Positions 8,442 to 18,678 are shown, counted from the first letter of the stretch. The stretch: DNA of 53,473 bases from Alphaproteobacteria bacterium (GCA_017554665.1 JAFZHX010000038.1:1-53473), one strand, 5' to 3'. Made by a program: numbers and translations. Notes: generated from the sequence alone by a model not told the origin.

Positions 8442-9857
8442 ATGCTAGAATATTTAAGAAATGCGTCTGAAAAACCAGTCGCGAAAATTTTGATTAGTAT
8501 ATTGGCTTTTTCATTCGTGGGATGGGGGGTCGCAGAATGGATTTTTGGCGGAACAGTTGGCGACAACACAGTGATGCACATCGGTAAAGCCGATATTTCT
8601 GTACAACAGTATAACTCTGAAAAATCACGTGAATTGGCGCTTATGACACGTGAACAGCAACGCGCTGTTTATGCAGATGCCGAAGCACAAAATGATTTTT
8701 CACAACAAGTATTAACAAAAATTGCAACACAGCAGATGGTGCACAATCATGCAAACGAATTGGGCTTTGCTGTCAGCGAAAAACGAATCGCACAAGAAAT
8801 ACGTGATTTTCCTGACTTCCAAGTAAATGGCAAATTCTCCACTGTTGCATTTGACAACATCTTGAACAACTCCGGTTATTCCGAAGCTGAATTTGCAAAT
8901 GTTCTGCGTGGTCAGATTTTACGTTCTATGGTTTTAGGCTCTGTGTCTGCACCAGTATCTGTATCAGAATTTGCAGTTCAAGCCGCATATAATGCCAGAT
9001 ATGGCAAACGCGACATTGAATACACTACTGTAAAGTTTGCAGACTTCAAGGTTTCAGAACCAACTGACAAACAACTACAAGAATTTTACAAGCAAAACCC
9101 ACAAACATTACCTGAAACAAGGGCTGTTTCATATGTATTCATAGAAACAGATATGTCGCAACCAGATAAATATGATGCGGGTTATGCTACTGCAGTCAAA
9201 ATCGAAGACGATATCATCGCTGGCGAAACAATGAAAGACGCTGCAAAAAAACACGGCGCAAAATATGTTTCTTTAAAGTCATTTGATCGCGATCATCGTC
9301 CTGTTGATACACTGCTAACCGATTCGATGGTTACAAAAATCTTTGACATGGAACCACAGCTAGAAAGCGAAATGATAGAAACCAAAAACGGTTTTGTGTT
9401 CGTTCGTGTTGATGAAGTAAAACCTGCACACACAGCAGAATTCGACACAGTGAAAAAATCACTAACAAACGATTGGAAAAAAGCAGAACAAAAAAAGCAA
9501 GCTTATGTACATGCAAACGAACTGCTGGTTAACCTGAACAAAAAAGGCGGCAGTCTTGCTAATAAAAAAGTTGCTACTGTTTCTCGTGCAGAAGGCGCAC
9601 CAGCAGAACTTTTAGTACCTGCTTTCCGCAATAAAATCGGTCAAAACTCTATCGAAAATGGCACAGATTCTTTCTATATATTAAGCATCAAGAAAGCAAC
9701 TGCACCAAAAGTAGAACAACGCAAAATGGACAACCTGCGCAAAGAATTGCAAAACATGTCCGCTACAGGATTACAAGAAGACTTTAATTCTTTCTTGAAA
9801 CGTGAATATCCTGTAAAAATAAACGAAAAAGTTTATAATCGTGTATTCGGAAAATAA
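8442..9857 (+). CDS. PpiD-like periplasmic chaperone (SurA N-terminal domain type), membrane anchored
   Basis: MLEYLRNASEKPVAKILISILAFSFVGWGVAEWIF is the typical PpiD N-terminal anchor. The start is the ATG at 8442 after AAGGGGAA. Confidence 0.75.
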   Translation: MLEYLRNASEKPVAKILISILAFSFVGWGVAEWIFGGTVGDNTVMHIGKADISVQQYNSEKSRELALMTREQQRAVYADAEAQNDFSQQVLTKIATQQMVHNHANELGFAVSEKRIAQEIRDFPDFQVNGKFSTVAFDNILNNSGYSEAEFANVLRGQILRSMVLGSVSAPVSVSEFAVQAAYNARYGKRDIEYTTVKFADFKVSEPTDKQLQEFYKQNPQTLPETRAVSYVFIETDMSQPDKYDAGYATAVKIEDDIIAGETMKDAAKKHGAKYVSLKSFDRDHRPVDTLLTDSMVTKIFDMEPQLESEMIETKNGFVFVRVDEVKPAHTAEFDTVKKSLTNDWKKAEQKKQAYVHANELLVNLNKKGGSLANKKVATVSRAEGAPAELLVPAFRNKIGQNSIENGTDSFYILSIKKATAPKVEQRKMDNLRKELQNMSATGLQEDFNSFLKREYPVKINEKVYNRVFGK

Positions 9858-9885
9858 AAAATCCCCCGTTTGGGGGATTTTTTTT
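9856..9885. terminator. Bidirectional rho-independent terminator
   Basis: aaaaatccccc-gttt-gggggatttttttt, located between convergent genes. Confidence 0.8.
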
Positions 9886-10845
9886 CTAAACAACCTCTGT
9901 AACCGCACGCAAAGCACCATCGCGCGACAATTGCACAACCCTGATTTTCTTTCTCATTTCTTCGATTAAATCTGCACGATTATATGCCGGCTGAGTATGC
10001 AATATTCTATCTGCAAACGCAGCATATGCAGCTTCTGCGCTTTCCGCATGAATCGTTGTATAAAAGTGGTCATGCCCTGTTCCCAACATTTCCCATAAAA
10101 CAGACGCATTATCCGTTGAAATTTCACCACCAATAATTACATCAGGTGTCATACGAACAACCAAGTCTAATAACCTAGCATAATTAAAATCATTTGTTTG
10201 CTCTGTACGCGACAAAATAAAATGTAAACGATTCGCCTGAGGTACACGAATTTCACGTGCGTCTTCAACAGTAATAACACGACTATTTTTATCAATCAAT
10301 GTCAGCATATGATTTAAAAATGTTGTTTTTCCCGTTGCCGTAGCACCACTAATCAATATCGGACTACCATCATTAATAGCAGACATCAATCTTTCATAAG
10401 GGTCATCAGGCCGAATATTTTCACGCGGCTTTACCTTTAACAACTGATGTCCTTTACGCAAATGATAATTTTCAAAACTTGTTTCATGGGCGCCACCACC
10501 ACGGATATTCAGTGCAACACCACCTGTAATATCGCGTTCATCATACTGAACATTAGGGCCCGCAATCGCAGTAAAACGATGATTTCCTGGCAAAGTAGCA
10601 TATACAACCGGAATACCATGCACAGGATCAAATGGTCGTTCATAAATATTCGCAACAGTATGAATTAAATCTACTAAGTACTGTTTACTTAAAACTTCAG
10701 CCTGATAAGAAACCCATGGAACACGTGCACCATGCAAGCGCATCCATACTTCACCAGCATGATTAATTGCGATCTCTTCTACGAACGAAGGCTTGTAGAA
10801 TTCTTCCAAAGGTTTCAATAAAGATTCTAGAACAACATTTGACAT
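9886..10845 (-). CDS. VirB11/PilT-class secretion ATPase (orphan)
   Basis: Walker A is ISGATATGKTTFLN, the Asp box is ITVEDAREI, Walker B is MTPDVIIGGEI, and the His box is GTGHDHFYTTIHAES. The start is ambiguous: ATG at 10845 (MSNVVLESLL) or TTG at 10881 as in the ORF track. Confidence 0.8.
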   Translation of the reverse strand: MSNVVLESLLKPLEEFYKPSFVEEIAINHAGEVWMRLHGARVPWVSYQAEVLSKQYLVDLIHTVANIYERPFDPVHGIPVVYATLPGNHRFTAIAGPNVQYDERDITGGVALNIRGGGAHETSFENYHLRKGHQLLKVKPRENIRPDDPYERLMSAINDGSPILISGATATGKTTFLNHMLTLIDKNSRVITVEDAREIRVPQANRLHFILSRTEQTNDFNYARLLDLVVRMTPDVIIGGEISTDNASVLWEMLGTGHDHFYTTIHAESAEAAYAAFADRILHTQPAYNRADLIEEMRKKIRVVQLSRDGALRAVTEVV

Positions 10846-10926
10846 CAATACAATTTTATCATAAATCGTGGCTTGAATCAAAACTGTTTATTTGATAAAA
10901 TAAAAAAAAAGTAAGAGAGAAATATT

Positions 10927-11487
10927 ATGAAAAAATCATTTTTATTTATCAGTTTGTGTGCAATTGCATTGTGTGGCTGTATGTCTGGCAGCAACCCATA
11001 TAACGAACGCGACTTTGCACAGGGCGGTCCAGATGCTCCACTCTACAACGAACGCACCAGCGGTTTTATGCAGGCTGACAATCAATACTCAAACATTGAT
11101 TCGTTCAAACCAAAAACATCTGCAGAAAAAGAACAAGCCAATAATCGTTGGAACACTTCCAGAAAAGATACTCGCTGGCAAGAATACAAAGGCGCAATGG
11201 TTCGCGTAGAAGTATTACTTGGCAACACCGATTTAAGAGAAATGAGATTACGTTTAATGCAAAACGCAGACGGTATGGATATCGATGGCGACATTCGTTC
11301 TATATTGGCCAATGTTGCAGATTATGAAATGAAACGAATTTGTGGTCGTAACGCAGAAAGTATTGTCATGATATATGATACACCTTCATTTGATGTTATG
11401 CGTCCAACACCATATTTCGACTACAGAATCGAAGCCGAAGGAACAACTATGCGCGAATACGGCTTTAGATGTGTTTACAACAATTAA
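10927..11487 (+). CDS. Hypothetical lipoprotein (186 aa)
   Basis: Lipobox LCGC in MKKSFLFISLCAIALCGCMSG. An SD (AGAGAG) lies upstream. I recognise no family. Confidence 0.7.
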   Translation: MKKSFLFISLCAIALCGCMSGSNPYNERDFAQGGPDAPLYNERTSGFMQADNQYSNIDSFKPKTSAEKEQANNRWNTSRKDTRWQEYKGAMVRVEVLLGNTDLREMRLRLMQNADGMDIDGDIRSILANVADYEMKRICGRNAESIVMIYDTPSFDVMRPTPYFDYRIEAEGTTMREYGFRCVYNN

Positions 11488-11505
11488 TTAACCAAGGGGA
11501 AAACT

Positions 11506-11838
11506 ATGAAAAAATTTGCATCTATCATGGGGGTATTAGCTATGGTCGGACTAACAGCATGTGACAAAACACCACAAACAGCACAAAATGGCGACACAGT
11601 CATTATTAATTACGCGGGCTTTTTAGACGGCGTACAATTTCCAGGTGGAACAGCAGAAAACTATCCTTTGGAACTAGGCAGTGGCTCATTTGTTCCAGGC
11701 TTTGAAGAACAGCTGGTTGGCATGGCACAAAATGAAGAACGCGATATTAACATCACATTTCCAAAACCATATGTCGAAGGCCTAGAAGGTAAAGATGTGA
11801 TATTCAAAGTAAAAATTGTTGATATCTTGAAAAAATAA
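11506..11838 (+). CDS. FKBP-type peptidyl-prolyl cis-trans isomerase, lipoprotein form (110 aa)
   Basis: Lipobox LTAC. GDTVIINYAGFLDGVQFPGGTAENYPLELGSGSFVPGFEEQLVGM resembles the trigger-factor/FKBP PPIase core. Confidence 0.8.
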   Translation: MKKFASIMGVLAMVGLTACDKTPQTAQNGDTVIINYAGFLDGVQFPGGTAENYPLELGSGSFVPGFEEQLVGMAQNEERDINITFPKPYVEGLEGKDVIFKVKIVDILKK

Positions 11839-11864
11839 AAAATCCCCAAACGGGGATTTTTTTT
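11837..11864. terminator. Bidirectional rho-independent terminator
   Basis: aaaaatcccc-aaac-ggggatttttttt, located between convergent genes. Confidence 0.8.
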
Positions 11865-13587
11865 ATATCATCATACGCATTCTAATTTGTTGCTGAACAT
11901 ACGCATCTTCGCTGTTATACAGAGGCCAATTTCCATGCGCCAACTCTTGCATCGAAGTCAACGGCTGATTCAATCTGGCACGATATAACCACAAATTAGA
12001 CATAACGCGTTTTATATAACTGCGTGTTTCATATGCAGGAAAACTTTCTATATACAACAAAGGGTCATATGTATAAAACGACTTTTCAAATTTCACCATT
12101 GTACCCATACCTGCATTATAAGCAGCTAGCATTTTAATAATATTGTTTTCTATATTTTGATGTTGCAACAAATCTACTATATACTGCTGTCCCAAGAACA
12201 TATTATGTTCTGGGTTTGACATATCCATTTGCGACAAATCAACATTATTTGCACGTGCGACACGTTTTGCAGTACTTGGCATAATTTGCATAACACCGTT
12301 TGCCCCTGCCCCAGATTTTGCAGTCGTTCTGAAATTACTTTCTTGTTTAGTAATAGCCAGCAACAAAGCCCTATCAATTGACCAGCCACCAAGAGGTTCC
12401 CAATCATGCAAAGGATATTTTGCAGAATAAATAATATCATCATCAATTTCCAAAATACCTCTATCCTTGATAACACCAGCAGATAAAATTGACACACGTG
12501 GCAAGCCATATTTAGAAGCAATAGAATTTACCGCGTGCAATGTTCTATCTGAAATTTTTGGGGTTATCATATACTTTAAGTATTCTTCTGCCCTATCTTT
12601 GCGTCCAACTTGCAACAAAGCCAGCGCAATTTTTCCATACTTTGTATTAACCAATTCTACTACATCTTCATCTGTCGCTTCGTTTTCAAAGAATTCATAT
12701 TTTGGCTGTTGGCCCAACATTATCGCAGACAAAGCACCATAAAACGCCATCGGATAAGTAGCTGCAATTCGCCAATAACGCTTTGCATTTTCACGATCCC
12801 CCTTAAAGTCTGCTGCACGACCTGCCCAAAAAGCAGCTTCTGTCTTGCGAGCATTGTTAATTTGAGGCAATTCTAAAATACGGCTAAAATACTTTTGCGA
12901 TTCAATATAGTTTTCTTCTTTAAAGTACAGCAAACCCATCGCCCACAAGCCATATTCGGACTTTGCATCGGATGCAACAAATCCCCACTTTTTTGCCAAT
13001 TCCATTTCACCATTGGTATAATACAAATAAGACAAACGCCCTGCCAAGCGACCATAATCAGATTCTGTTAACTTGCTTTTGAACAGCCTATCTTCCAGAA
13101 TTTGTCGTGCAACCTTTGTAGAACCACTGCGTATAGCGCGTTTAAATTCAGTTATTTTTTTATCTGCAACACCAGAATATTTTTTTTCTGTCCAAGTTTC
13201 AGATTGCGCAGTTTCGATTGACTCAGAACCACTTATAATATTTGGCACAGCAGCCTTGCGAACATTAGCTTGTTTTAATTTCGCTAATTTTTCCATCCGC
13301 TTTGCACCCGGCATGTTATAATAATTATTCATCCATTCTGCGATTTCTTTGCCACGAGTATGGTAAGTGTCAGAAAAATAGCGTTGATATAAAACTTCAT
13401 TCATCAACAGTCTATCTGCGATTTGATTTTGTACATTTATTGCCACATTGATTTTTTCTTTATCCTGCAAAACAAAAATTTGTTTATACAAGCTGGCATC
13501 TATATCAGTCAAAATCTGAGGCAAATCAGATCCCAGCACAAGTTGCGGTATAATCAATGCGATAAAAAATGCGAAAATTTTTTTCAT
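11863..13587 (-). CDS. slt: Soluble lytic murein transglycosylase (Slt70-like)
   Basis: It has a signal peptide and a superhelical N-terminal region. The SLT catalytic motif is ITKQESNFRTTAKSGAGANGVMQIMPSTA ... AAYNAG. Confidence 0.85.
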   Translation of the reverse strand: MKKIFAFFIALIIPQLVLGSDLPQILTDIDASLYKQIFVLQDKEKINVAINVQNQIADRLLMNEVLYQRYFSDTYHTRGKEIAEWMNNYYNMPGAKRMEKLAKLKQANVRKAAVPNIISGSESIETAQSETWTEKKYSGVADKKITEFKRAIRSGSTKVARQILEDRLFKSKLTESDYGRLAGRLSYLYYTNGEMELAKKWGFVASDAKSEYGLWAMGLLYFKEENYIESQKYFSRILELPQINNARKTEAAFWAGRAADFKGDRENAKRYWRIAATYPMAFYGALSAIMLGQQPKYEFFENEATDEDVVELVNTKYGKIALALLQVGRKDRAEEYLKYMITPKISDRTLHAVNSIASKYGLPRVSILSAGVIKDRGILEIDDDIIYSAKYPLHDWEPLGGWSIDRALLLAITKQESNFRTTAKSGAGANGVMQIMPSTAKRVARANNVDLSQMDMSNPEHNMFLGQQYIVDLLQHQNIENNIIKMLAAYNAGMGTMVKFEKSFYTYDPLLYIESFPAYETRSYIKRVMSNLWLYRARLNQPLTSMQELAHGNWPLYNSEDAYVQQQIRMRMMI

Positions 13588-13596
13588 ATCTTATTA

Positions 13597-14097
13597 TCAG
13601 AACAGCGAAGTTTTTGGCAGTTTACAAACAACTGCATCATCGTCATCTTCTGGTATTTTATCGATAATCTTCTTAAAATCAGAAACGCGAGAGAATTTAC
13701 GATACACAGAAACAAAACGAACGAACGCAATTGGGTCCAAATTCAGCAAAGAATCAGACACCATTTGACCGACCAAAGCACTGCTAACTGTATCATCTGC
13801 TGTTTCCGTTTCCAGGCGACGATGAATCGAAGTAACTAGCTTTTCTATTTGTTCATCACCTACTTCACGATTTCGGCAAGCCAGCTTGATACTGCGACGC
13901 AGTTTTTCACGATCAAAAGCTTCTGTTTTTCCGCTATTTTTACGCACCATCAAATCACGCATTTGAATACGTTCAACGGTTGTAAACTTAGCCCCACATT
14001 GTTCACAAACACGACGACGACGAATAATCGCGTCTTCTGTATCTGGACGTGAGTCTGTTACACGGCTATCTGTAGAATTACAATATGGACATCTCAT
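13597..14097 (-). CDS. nrdR: Transcriptional repressor NrdR
   Basis: MRCPYCNSTDSRVTDSR...CEQCGAKFTT is the zinc ribbon, followed by an ATP-cone. I placed the start at the ATG at 14097; the ORF track uses an upstream TTG at 14115. Confidence 0.93.
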   Translation of the reverse strand: MRCPYCNSTDSRVTDSRPDTEDAIIRRRRVCEQCGAKFTTVERIQMRDLMVRKNSGKTEAFDREKLRRSIKLACRNREVGDEQIEKLVTSIHRRLETETADDTVSSALVGQMVSDSLLNLDPIAFVRFVSVYRKFSRVSDFKKIIDKIPEDDDDAVVCKLPKTSLF

Positions 14098-14266
14098 GAT
14101 GATATAGGTTAGCAATCAATTCAAATATTGGCAAGCATAATTTAAGCCATAAAAAAAATCACTTTTTATAAAAATCAAGTGTTTTATTTCAAAAATTTAA
14201 TTTCCACGGTAAATTTTTATACCTAAAAATATGATAAAATATGTATTACAGGGACGTAATGGAGAG

Positions 14267-15367
14267 ATGGAAAAATACTTAAACCAAATTTTGCTCGGTG
14301 ATTGTATTGAAATGATGCGTGGCATTCCAGACGCATCAGTCGATGCAGTATTTGCGGACCCTCCATACAACCTACAACTAGGCAGCAAAACATTATACCG
14401 TCCCGAAGACCAAACTGCTGCACGCGCTGTTCGTGACTCTTGGGACAGCTTTGAATCTTCTGAACAATACGATGAATTTACTCGTCAATGGCTGGCAGAA
14501 TGCAAACGCGTTCTAAAGCCAAATGGCGCAATGTGGACAATTGGCAGTTATCATAACATTTTCCGTGTTGGCTCTATTCTACAAGACATGGGCTTTTGGA
14601 TTTTAAATGACGTTGTTTGGGTTAAAACAAATCCAATGCCAAACTTTCGTGGCACTCGCTTTACAAACGCACACGAAACCTTAATCTGGGCGACACCGAC
14701 AAAAACAGGCAAATACACATTTAACTATGAAACTATGAAAAAGTTAAATGGTGGCAAGCAAATGCGTTCTGATTGGGATTTAAATATATGCTTGGGCGAA
14801 GAACGCGTCAAAGATGCAGACGGCAAAAGCCTGCATAACACACAAAAGCCACTGGATTTATTACATCGTGTAATACTGGCTTCAACCAAACCAGGCGATA
14901 TTATTCTTGACCCATTTATGGGCTCTGGCACAACGGCTGCTGCCGCTGTTGAATTGGGTCGTAAATTTATAGGTATTGAACGCGAACAAACCTATGTAGA
15001 AGCAGCCCGCCAACGCATTGCAAATGTAAAACCAATCGATTTAACAGACATAGAAGTTACAAAGCCAAAACGCGATGAAGTTCGTGTTGCTTTCAAAGAA
15101 TTAATTGAAGCAGGCTTGTTATACACAGGACAAACATTGGTCAGCCCACGTGGCGAACGTGTAATGATAACCCAAGACGGACAATTAACTCATCAGCTGT
15201 ATGGCAAAGCATCTATTCATGTTATGGCTGCGAAACTGCAACGCAGTGTCAGCTTTAACGGTTGGGATTATTGGTCTGCACAAAAACAAGACGGCTCTTT
15301 GGTACCAATTGACGAGCTACGCAAATACATACGCAATATCAAAGCAAATATTAAACAAGCCGCATAA
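14267..15367 (+). CDS. ccrM: CcrM-like N6-adenine DNA methyltransferase (beta class)
   Basis: LLGDCIEMM, FADPPYNL (motif IV), ILDPFMGSGTTAAAA (motif I) and a CcrM-type C-terminal extension are present. The start is the ATG at 14267 after GGAGAG. Confidence 0.85.
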   Translation: MEKYLNQILLGDCIEMMRGIPDASVDAVFADPPYNLQLGSKTLYRPEDQTAARAVRDSWDSFESSEQYDEFTRQWLAECKRVLKPNGAMWTIGSYHNIFRVGSILQDMGFWILNDVVWVKTNPMPNFRGTRFTNAHETLIWATPTKTGKYTFNYETMKKLNGGKQMRSDWDLNICLGEERVKDADGKSLHNTQKPLDLLHRVILASTKPGDIILDPFMGSGTTAAAAVELGRKFIGIEREQTYVEAARQRIANVKPIDLTDIEVTKPKRDEVRVAFKELIEAGLLYTGQTLVSPRGERVMITQDGQLTHQLYGKASIHVMAAKLQRSVSFNGWDYWSAQKQDGSLVPIDELRKYIRNIKANIKQAA

Positions 15368-15376
15368 AGAAAAAAA

Positions 15377-15407
15377 CAAATCCCCCAAACGGGGGATTTA
15401 TTTTTTT
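15377..15407. terminator. Bidirectional rho-independent terminator
   Basis: aaatccccc-aaac-gggggatttattttttt, located between convergent genes. Confidence 0.8.
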
Positions 15408-18400
15408 AGAACTGGCTACGGAATTTAAACATACCTGTTTGTGAAGTATATGCTTCGTGTACGTCCAAATCATACATTACGCTAAATTCTAAGCCCTTGT
15501 ATTCAGCAGTCAAGCCAATACCAACTTCACCACCGAACGCAGAGATACTTTCGCCATCAACATTATATGATGCACCAATACCTGGGATAGAAACAGTAGC
15601 GCGTTCACCATCTCTGATAACATCGTATGTCAAAGCTGCACGCATTTCAGGACGGAACTTTAACATATCTTCTGTTTCAACATAGAACGAATATCTCAAT
15701 CCGATTGTGTTTGTCAGGAAATTTGTATTCTGTTCTGCAATTGTGTTAACACCATTATCATATTCGTCTTGTACGATATGCAAATAGCGGAAGCCAATTT
15801 CAGGTGTAAGACCTGTTGCAAAATCATAACCCAACTTCATTTGTGCACCAAAAGCAGTTGAATCATATGTACTTTCGACAACAACACCAAATGGATCTGC
15901 ATTTTCTGTATGTTCAGCCATTGTATATGCCAATGTTGTGTTCAAGAACCATTTGCTTGGCTTATACTGACCATACAAGAACAATGTTTGACTATCGATT
16001 TCTGTATCACGTGTTCCAGAAGAAACTTCTGTATTATTGCATGCAAAACCTGCACCCAATGTATAAACACCATCAATCAGAGTATCAGCACCCAAGGCAA
16101 ATCCGCGTGTGTCGCCACTAAATGCGCTGCCAGATTTTGATTTGTTATACAAACCTTGTGCCCAGAAGCCATTTTCCTGTGGTTTATCACCACCTGCACG
16201 ACCAACATGTGTTGTTGCGCCTGCCATACGACCAGATGTCAAAGTCAACACTTGGTTATTAACTGTAGAAGCAACAGATGTTGTAACAGGTTTATCTTCT
16301 GGATTCAATTTTGCTGTTTCTTGTTCGATTTTTGCAATCGCGTCAGCATCATCAGAGTTCAACAACTTTTGTGCAGCCAAAGAAACCATTTGAATATTTC
16401 TATTGGTTGAATTTGCCAAACTATTGATTGCGCCAGCAGCTTGTTGTGAAATACCTGTATCTGCAGTCAATGTTTCAACAGACTTCATTTCGATAACAAC
16501 ACCATCTTTACCGTTGTTTGTTACAGTATATGCTTTACCAGCATCAATTGTGATATTATTATCACTGTTAAACATTTTGTAAGTACCAGCAGAGCCAACA
16601 TTCAAGTTGATAGTTCCATTACCTGAAACATTACCAAACAATTTAGCAAATGTTCCACTGTCTGAAACTCTGGTATTTTCGTTCTGTTCACCTCTATCAA
16701 TATAAGAAGTATTTGCTGCAGTCAAAACATCAGCATAAACAGTACCGTCCAAAACAATTTCTGATTGGATAATACTTGATGCACCCATATTCAGCACAGC
16801 ACCATTTTCCAAAGTGAACTTACCATCACCTGTAATACCACCTGTCAAAGACATTGTGCCACCAGATACAGTTATTGTACCCAAGTTGTGGATATCATTA
16901 TAATGTTTGCCAGCCTTGTTGTTCACAAAAGTATTTGTACCACTAAAGTCCATAACACCCTTGACATCGTTATAGATAGCACCACCGTTTACACCCGCAA
17001 TATTATCTTCAAATGTGTTCGAACCTGTAAAGAATACTTTACCATCACCAGTTGAAGCAGTTGGAGTAGAACCACCACCATAGTTAGGTGCAGAACCGTT
17101 AAATATTGCACCACCATTAACTTTTGCAACATTTGAAGTAAATTCAGTAGATTCTATTTCTACTTTACCTGCATAAACATTTGCAATTGCGCCACCAACT
17201 GAATAAGAAATATTTTCATCAAATTCAGACTTAATTATTTTCAATGTTTCATCTGCATAATGACGCGCTGCAATCGCACCACCACGAACACCAGAAACAT
17301 TGTCTTCAAAGTGAGCATTTGTCAATGTTGCGCTAGCATATTGTCCCAAATGAATAGCACCACCACCGTCAGCTTCTACAATATCTTCTGCTTTAAAAAC
17401 ATTTTTGTAAGCAACCGCAGCAGTATTTCCTTCGAACCAAACATTTGTCAGCTCGGAAACTGCATTGTTAAAGATACCCAAAGCACCAGCATCAGTCAAA
17501 GCATGGTTGTTTTTAAATACAGTGTATTCAATATCCATACCTTCGTTTGTGTATCTGGAACCATATATAGCACCACCAGCATAAGCTACGTTATTTTCAA
17601 AGGCTACTTTATCGAATTTTGTACCATTGATTTCTAACTTACCATAGTCAAAAATCGCACCCGCATAACCGCCGTCTGACCAAGCATCCTTACTTGCAAT
17701 GTTGTTTTTGAAGTTACCGCCATTGATGCTCAACACGCCTTCATTAAATATAGCACCACCATCAACAACAGATTTGTTTCCAACAAAGTCAGCACCAACA
17801 ATATTCAAAGAACCCGCATTATAAATTGCACCACCTTCTATTGCTGCGATATTGTCTTTGTATTCACCACCAACAATCTTCATAGAAGCTTTGTTATCTT
17901 TCTTATCCAATTCACCATTGTTATAGATAGCACCGCCCCTGTTAGCTTTGTTTGAAGTAAAATTAGATTTTTCTATATACACAGAATTTTTTTCATTCAA
18001 ACTGTCATAAAATGTTGAATAGATAGCACCACCATGTTCTTTTGCAACATTAGATGTAAAGTTTGTTTTAATAATATCTAAGTCAGCTGCACTATTATCA
18101 CCATCTGCTGCACCACGCATAGCAATCGCGCCACCATGATACATAGATTCATTTTCTTCAAATGTAGCATTTTCTATCAATACAACCGATTCGGAACCTA
18201 ATGCAATAGCACCGCCACCCATTTGTTCTGTATTGTTTTCAAAATCAGTCTGTGCTTTATTTTTTCTAAATATGGCACTATCCACATTTAAATATCCAAA
18301 ATTAGCAATTGCACCACCGTCAAAACGTACAACATTGTTTTCAAATAAAACATCCTTGCCTACATTCAATGTGGACTTATCACCTTTGCTAGTTGTAGAA

Positions 18401-18678
18401 AAAATACCAACATCAGCCTTGTTATTTGTAAATTCAGCTCCAGTGTTTAGAGTTAAAGTATTTCCAGCCAAAATGTAAAAGACTGAATCCAAACCACCGA
18501 ACGCTGTTGTAGATGTATCTACCCAAGAAAAAGAATCTTCTGCACCATAAATAGTATCTGCAGAAATTACTTGCTCTGACTGTTTTTGATATTCGTCTGC
18601 AAAAGCAGGCACAACCGCAAAAACCGGCAAGATACTGCAAACTTTTACCAAGTCTGCCAAATGTTTTATATTGGACAT
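15406..18678 (-). CDS. Autotransporter with Pmp-type (polymorphic membrane protein) GGA[IL]/FxxN repeats (1090 aa)
   Basis: AAGGAG SD and a signal peptide ending PAFADEY. There are more than 15 paired motifs, for example FTSNVAKEHGGAIY, FTSNKANRGGAIY, FVGNKSVVDGGAIF, FENNVAYAGGAIY, FEDNVSGVRGGAIA and FEDNIAGVNGGAIY. The C-terminus is a beta-barrel with alternating aromatic residues, ending FKFRSQF. Confidence 0.85.
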   Translation of the reverse strand: MSNIKHLADLVKVCSILPVFAVVPAFADEYQKQSEQVISADTIYGAEDSFSWVDTSTTAFGGLDSVFYILAGNTLTLNTGAEFTNNKADVGIFSTTSKGDKSTLNVGKDVLFENNVVRFDGGAIANFGYLNVDSAIFRKNKAQTDFENNTEQMGGGAIALGSESVVLIENATFEENESMYHGGAIAMRGAADGDNSAADLDIIKTNFTSNVAKEHGGAIYSTFYDSLNEKNSVYIEKSNFTSNKANRGGAIYNNGELDKKDNKASMKIVGGEYKDNIAAIEGGAIYNAGSLNIVGADFVGNKSVVDGGAIFNEGVLSINGGNFKNNIASKDAWSDGGYAGAIFDYGKLEINGTKFDKVAFENNVAYAGGAIYGSRYTNEGMDIEYTVFKNNHALTDAGALGIFNNAVSELTNVWFEGNTAAVAYKNVFKAEDIVEADGGGAIHLGQYASATLTNAHFEDNVSGVRGGAIAARHYADETLKIIKSEFDENISYSVGGAIANVYAGKVEIESTEFTSNVAKVNGGAIFNGSAPNYGGGSTPTASTGDGKVFFTGSNTFEDNIAGVNGGAIYNDVKGVMDFSGTNTFVNNKAGKHYNDIHNLGTITVSGGTMSLTGGITGDGKFTLENGAVLNMGASSIIQSEIVLDGTVYADVLTAANTSYIDRGEQNENTRVSDSGTFAKLFGNVSGNGTINLNVGSAGTYKMFNSDNNITIDAGKAYTVTNNGKDGVVIEMKSVETLTADTGISQQAAGAINSLANSTNRNIQMVSLAAQKLLNSDDADAIAKIEQETAKLNPEDKPVTTSVASTVNNQVLTLTSGRMAGATTHVGRAGGDKPQENGFWAQGLYNKSKSGSAFSGDTRGFALGADTLIDGVYTLGAGFACNNTEVSSGTRDTEIDSQTLFLYGQYKPSKWFLNTTLAYTMAEHTENADPFGVVVESTYDSTAFGAQMKLGYDFATGLTPEIGFRYLHIVQDEYDNGVNTIAEQNTNFLTNTIGLRYSFYVETEDMLKFRPEMRAALTYDVIRDGERATVSIPGIGASYNVDGESISAFGGEVGIGLTAEYKGLEFSVMYDLDVHEAYTSQTGMFKFRSQF

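Noticed and set aside
9886-11838. A type IV secretion or pilus locus around the VirB11-like gene
   Set aside because: The neighbours are a ppiD-like chaperone gene, an unrelated lipoprotein and an FKBP isomerase. No VirB/Trb/Tad/Pil structural genes are recognisable, so only an orphan ATPase can be claimed.
14098-14266. A CtrA box (TTAA-N7-TTAA) or NrdR boxes in the nrdR-ccrM divergent region
   Set aside because: I found only half-site-like TTAA strings (for example ttaatttccacggtaaa). In this AT-rich sequence they are expected by chance, and there is no full match.
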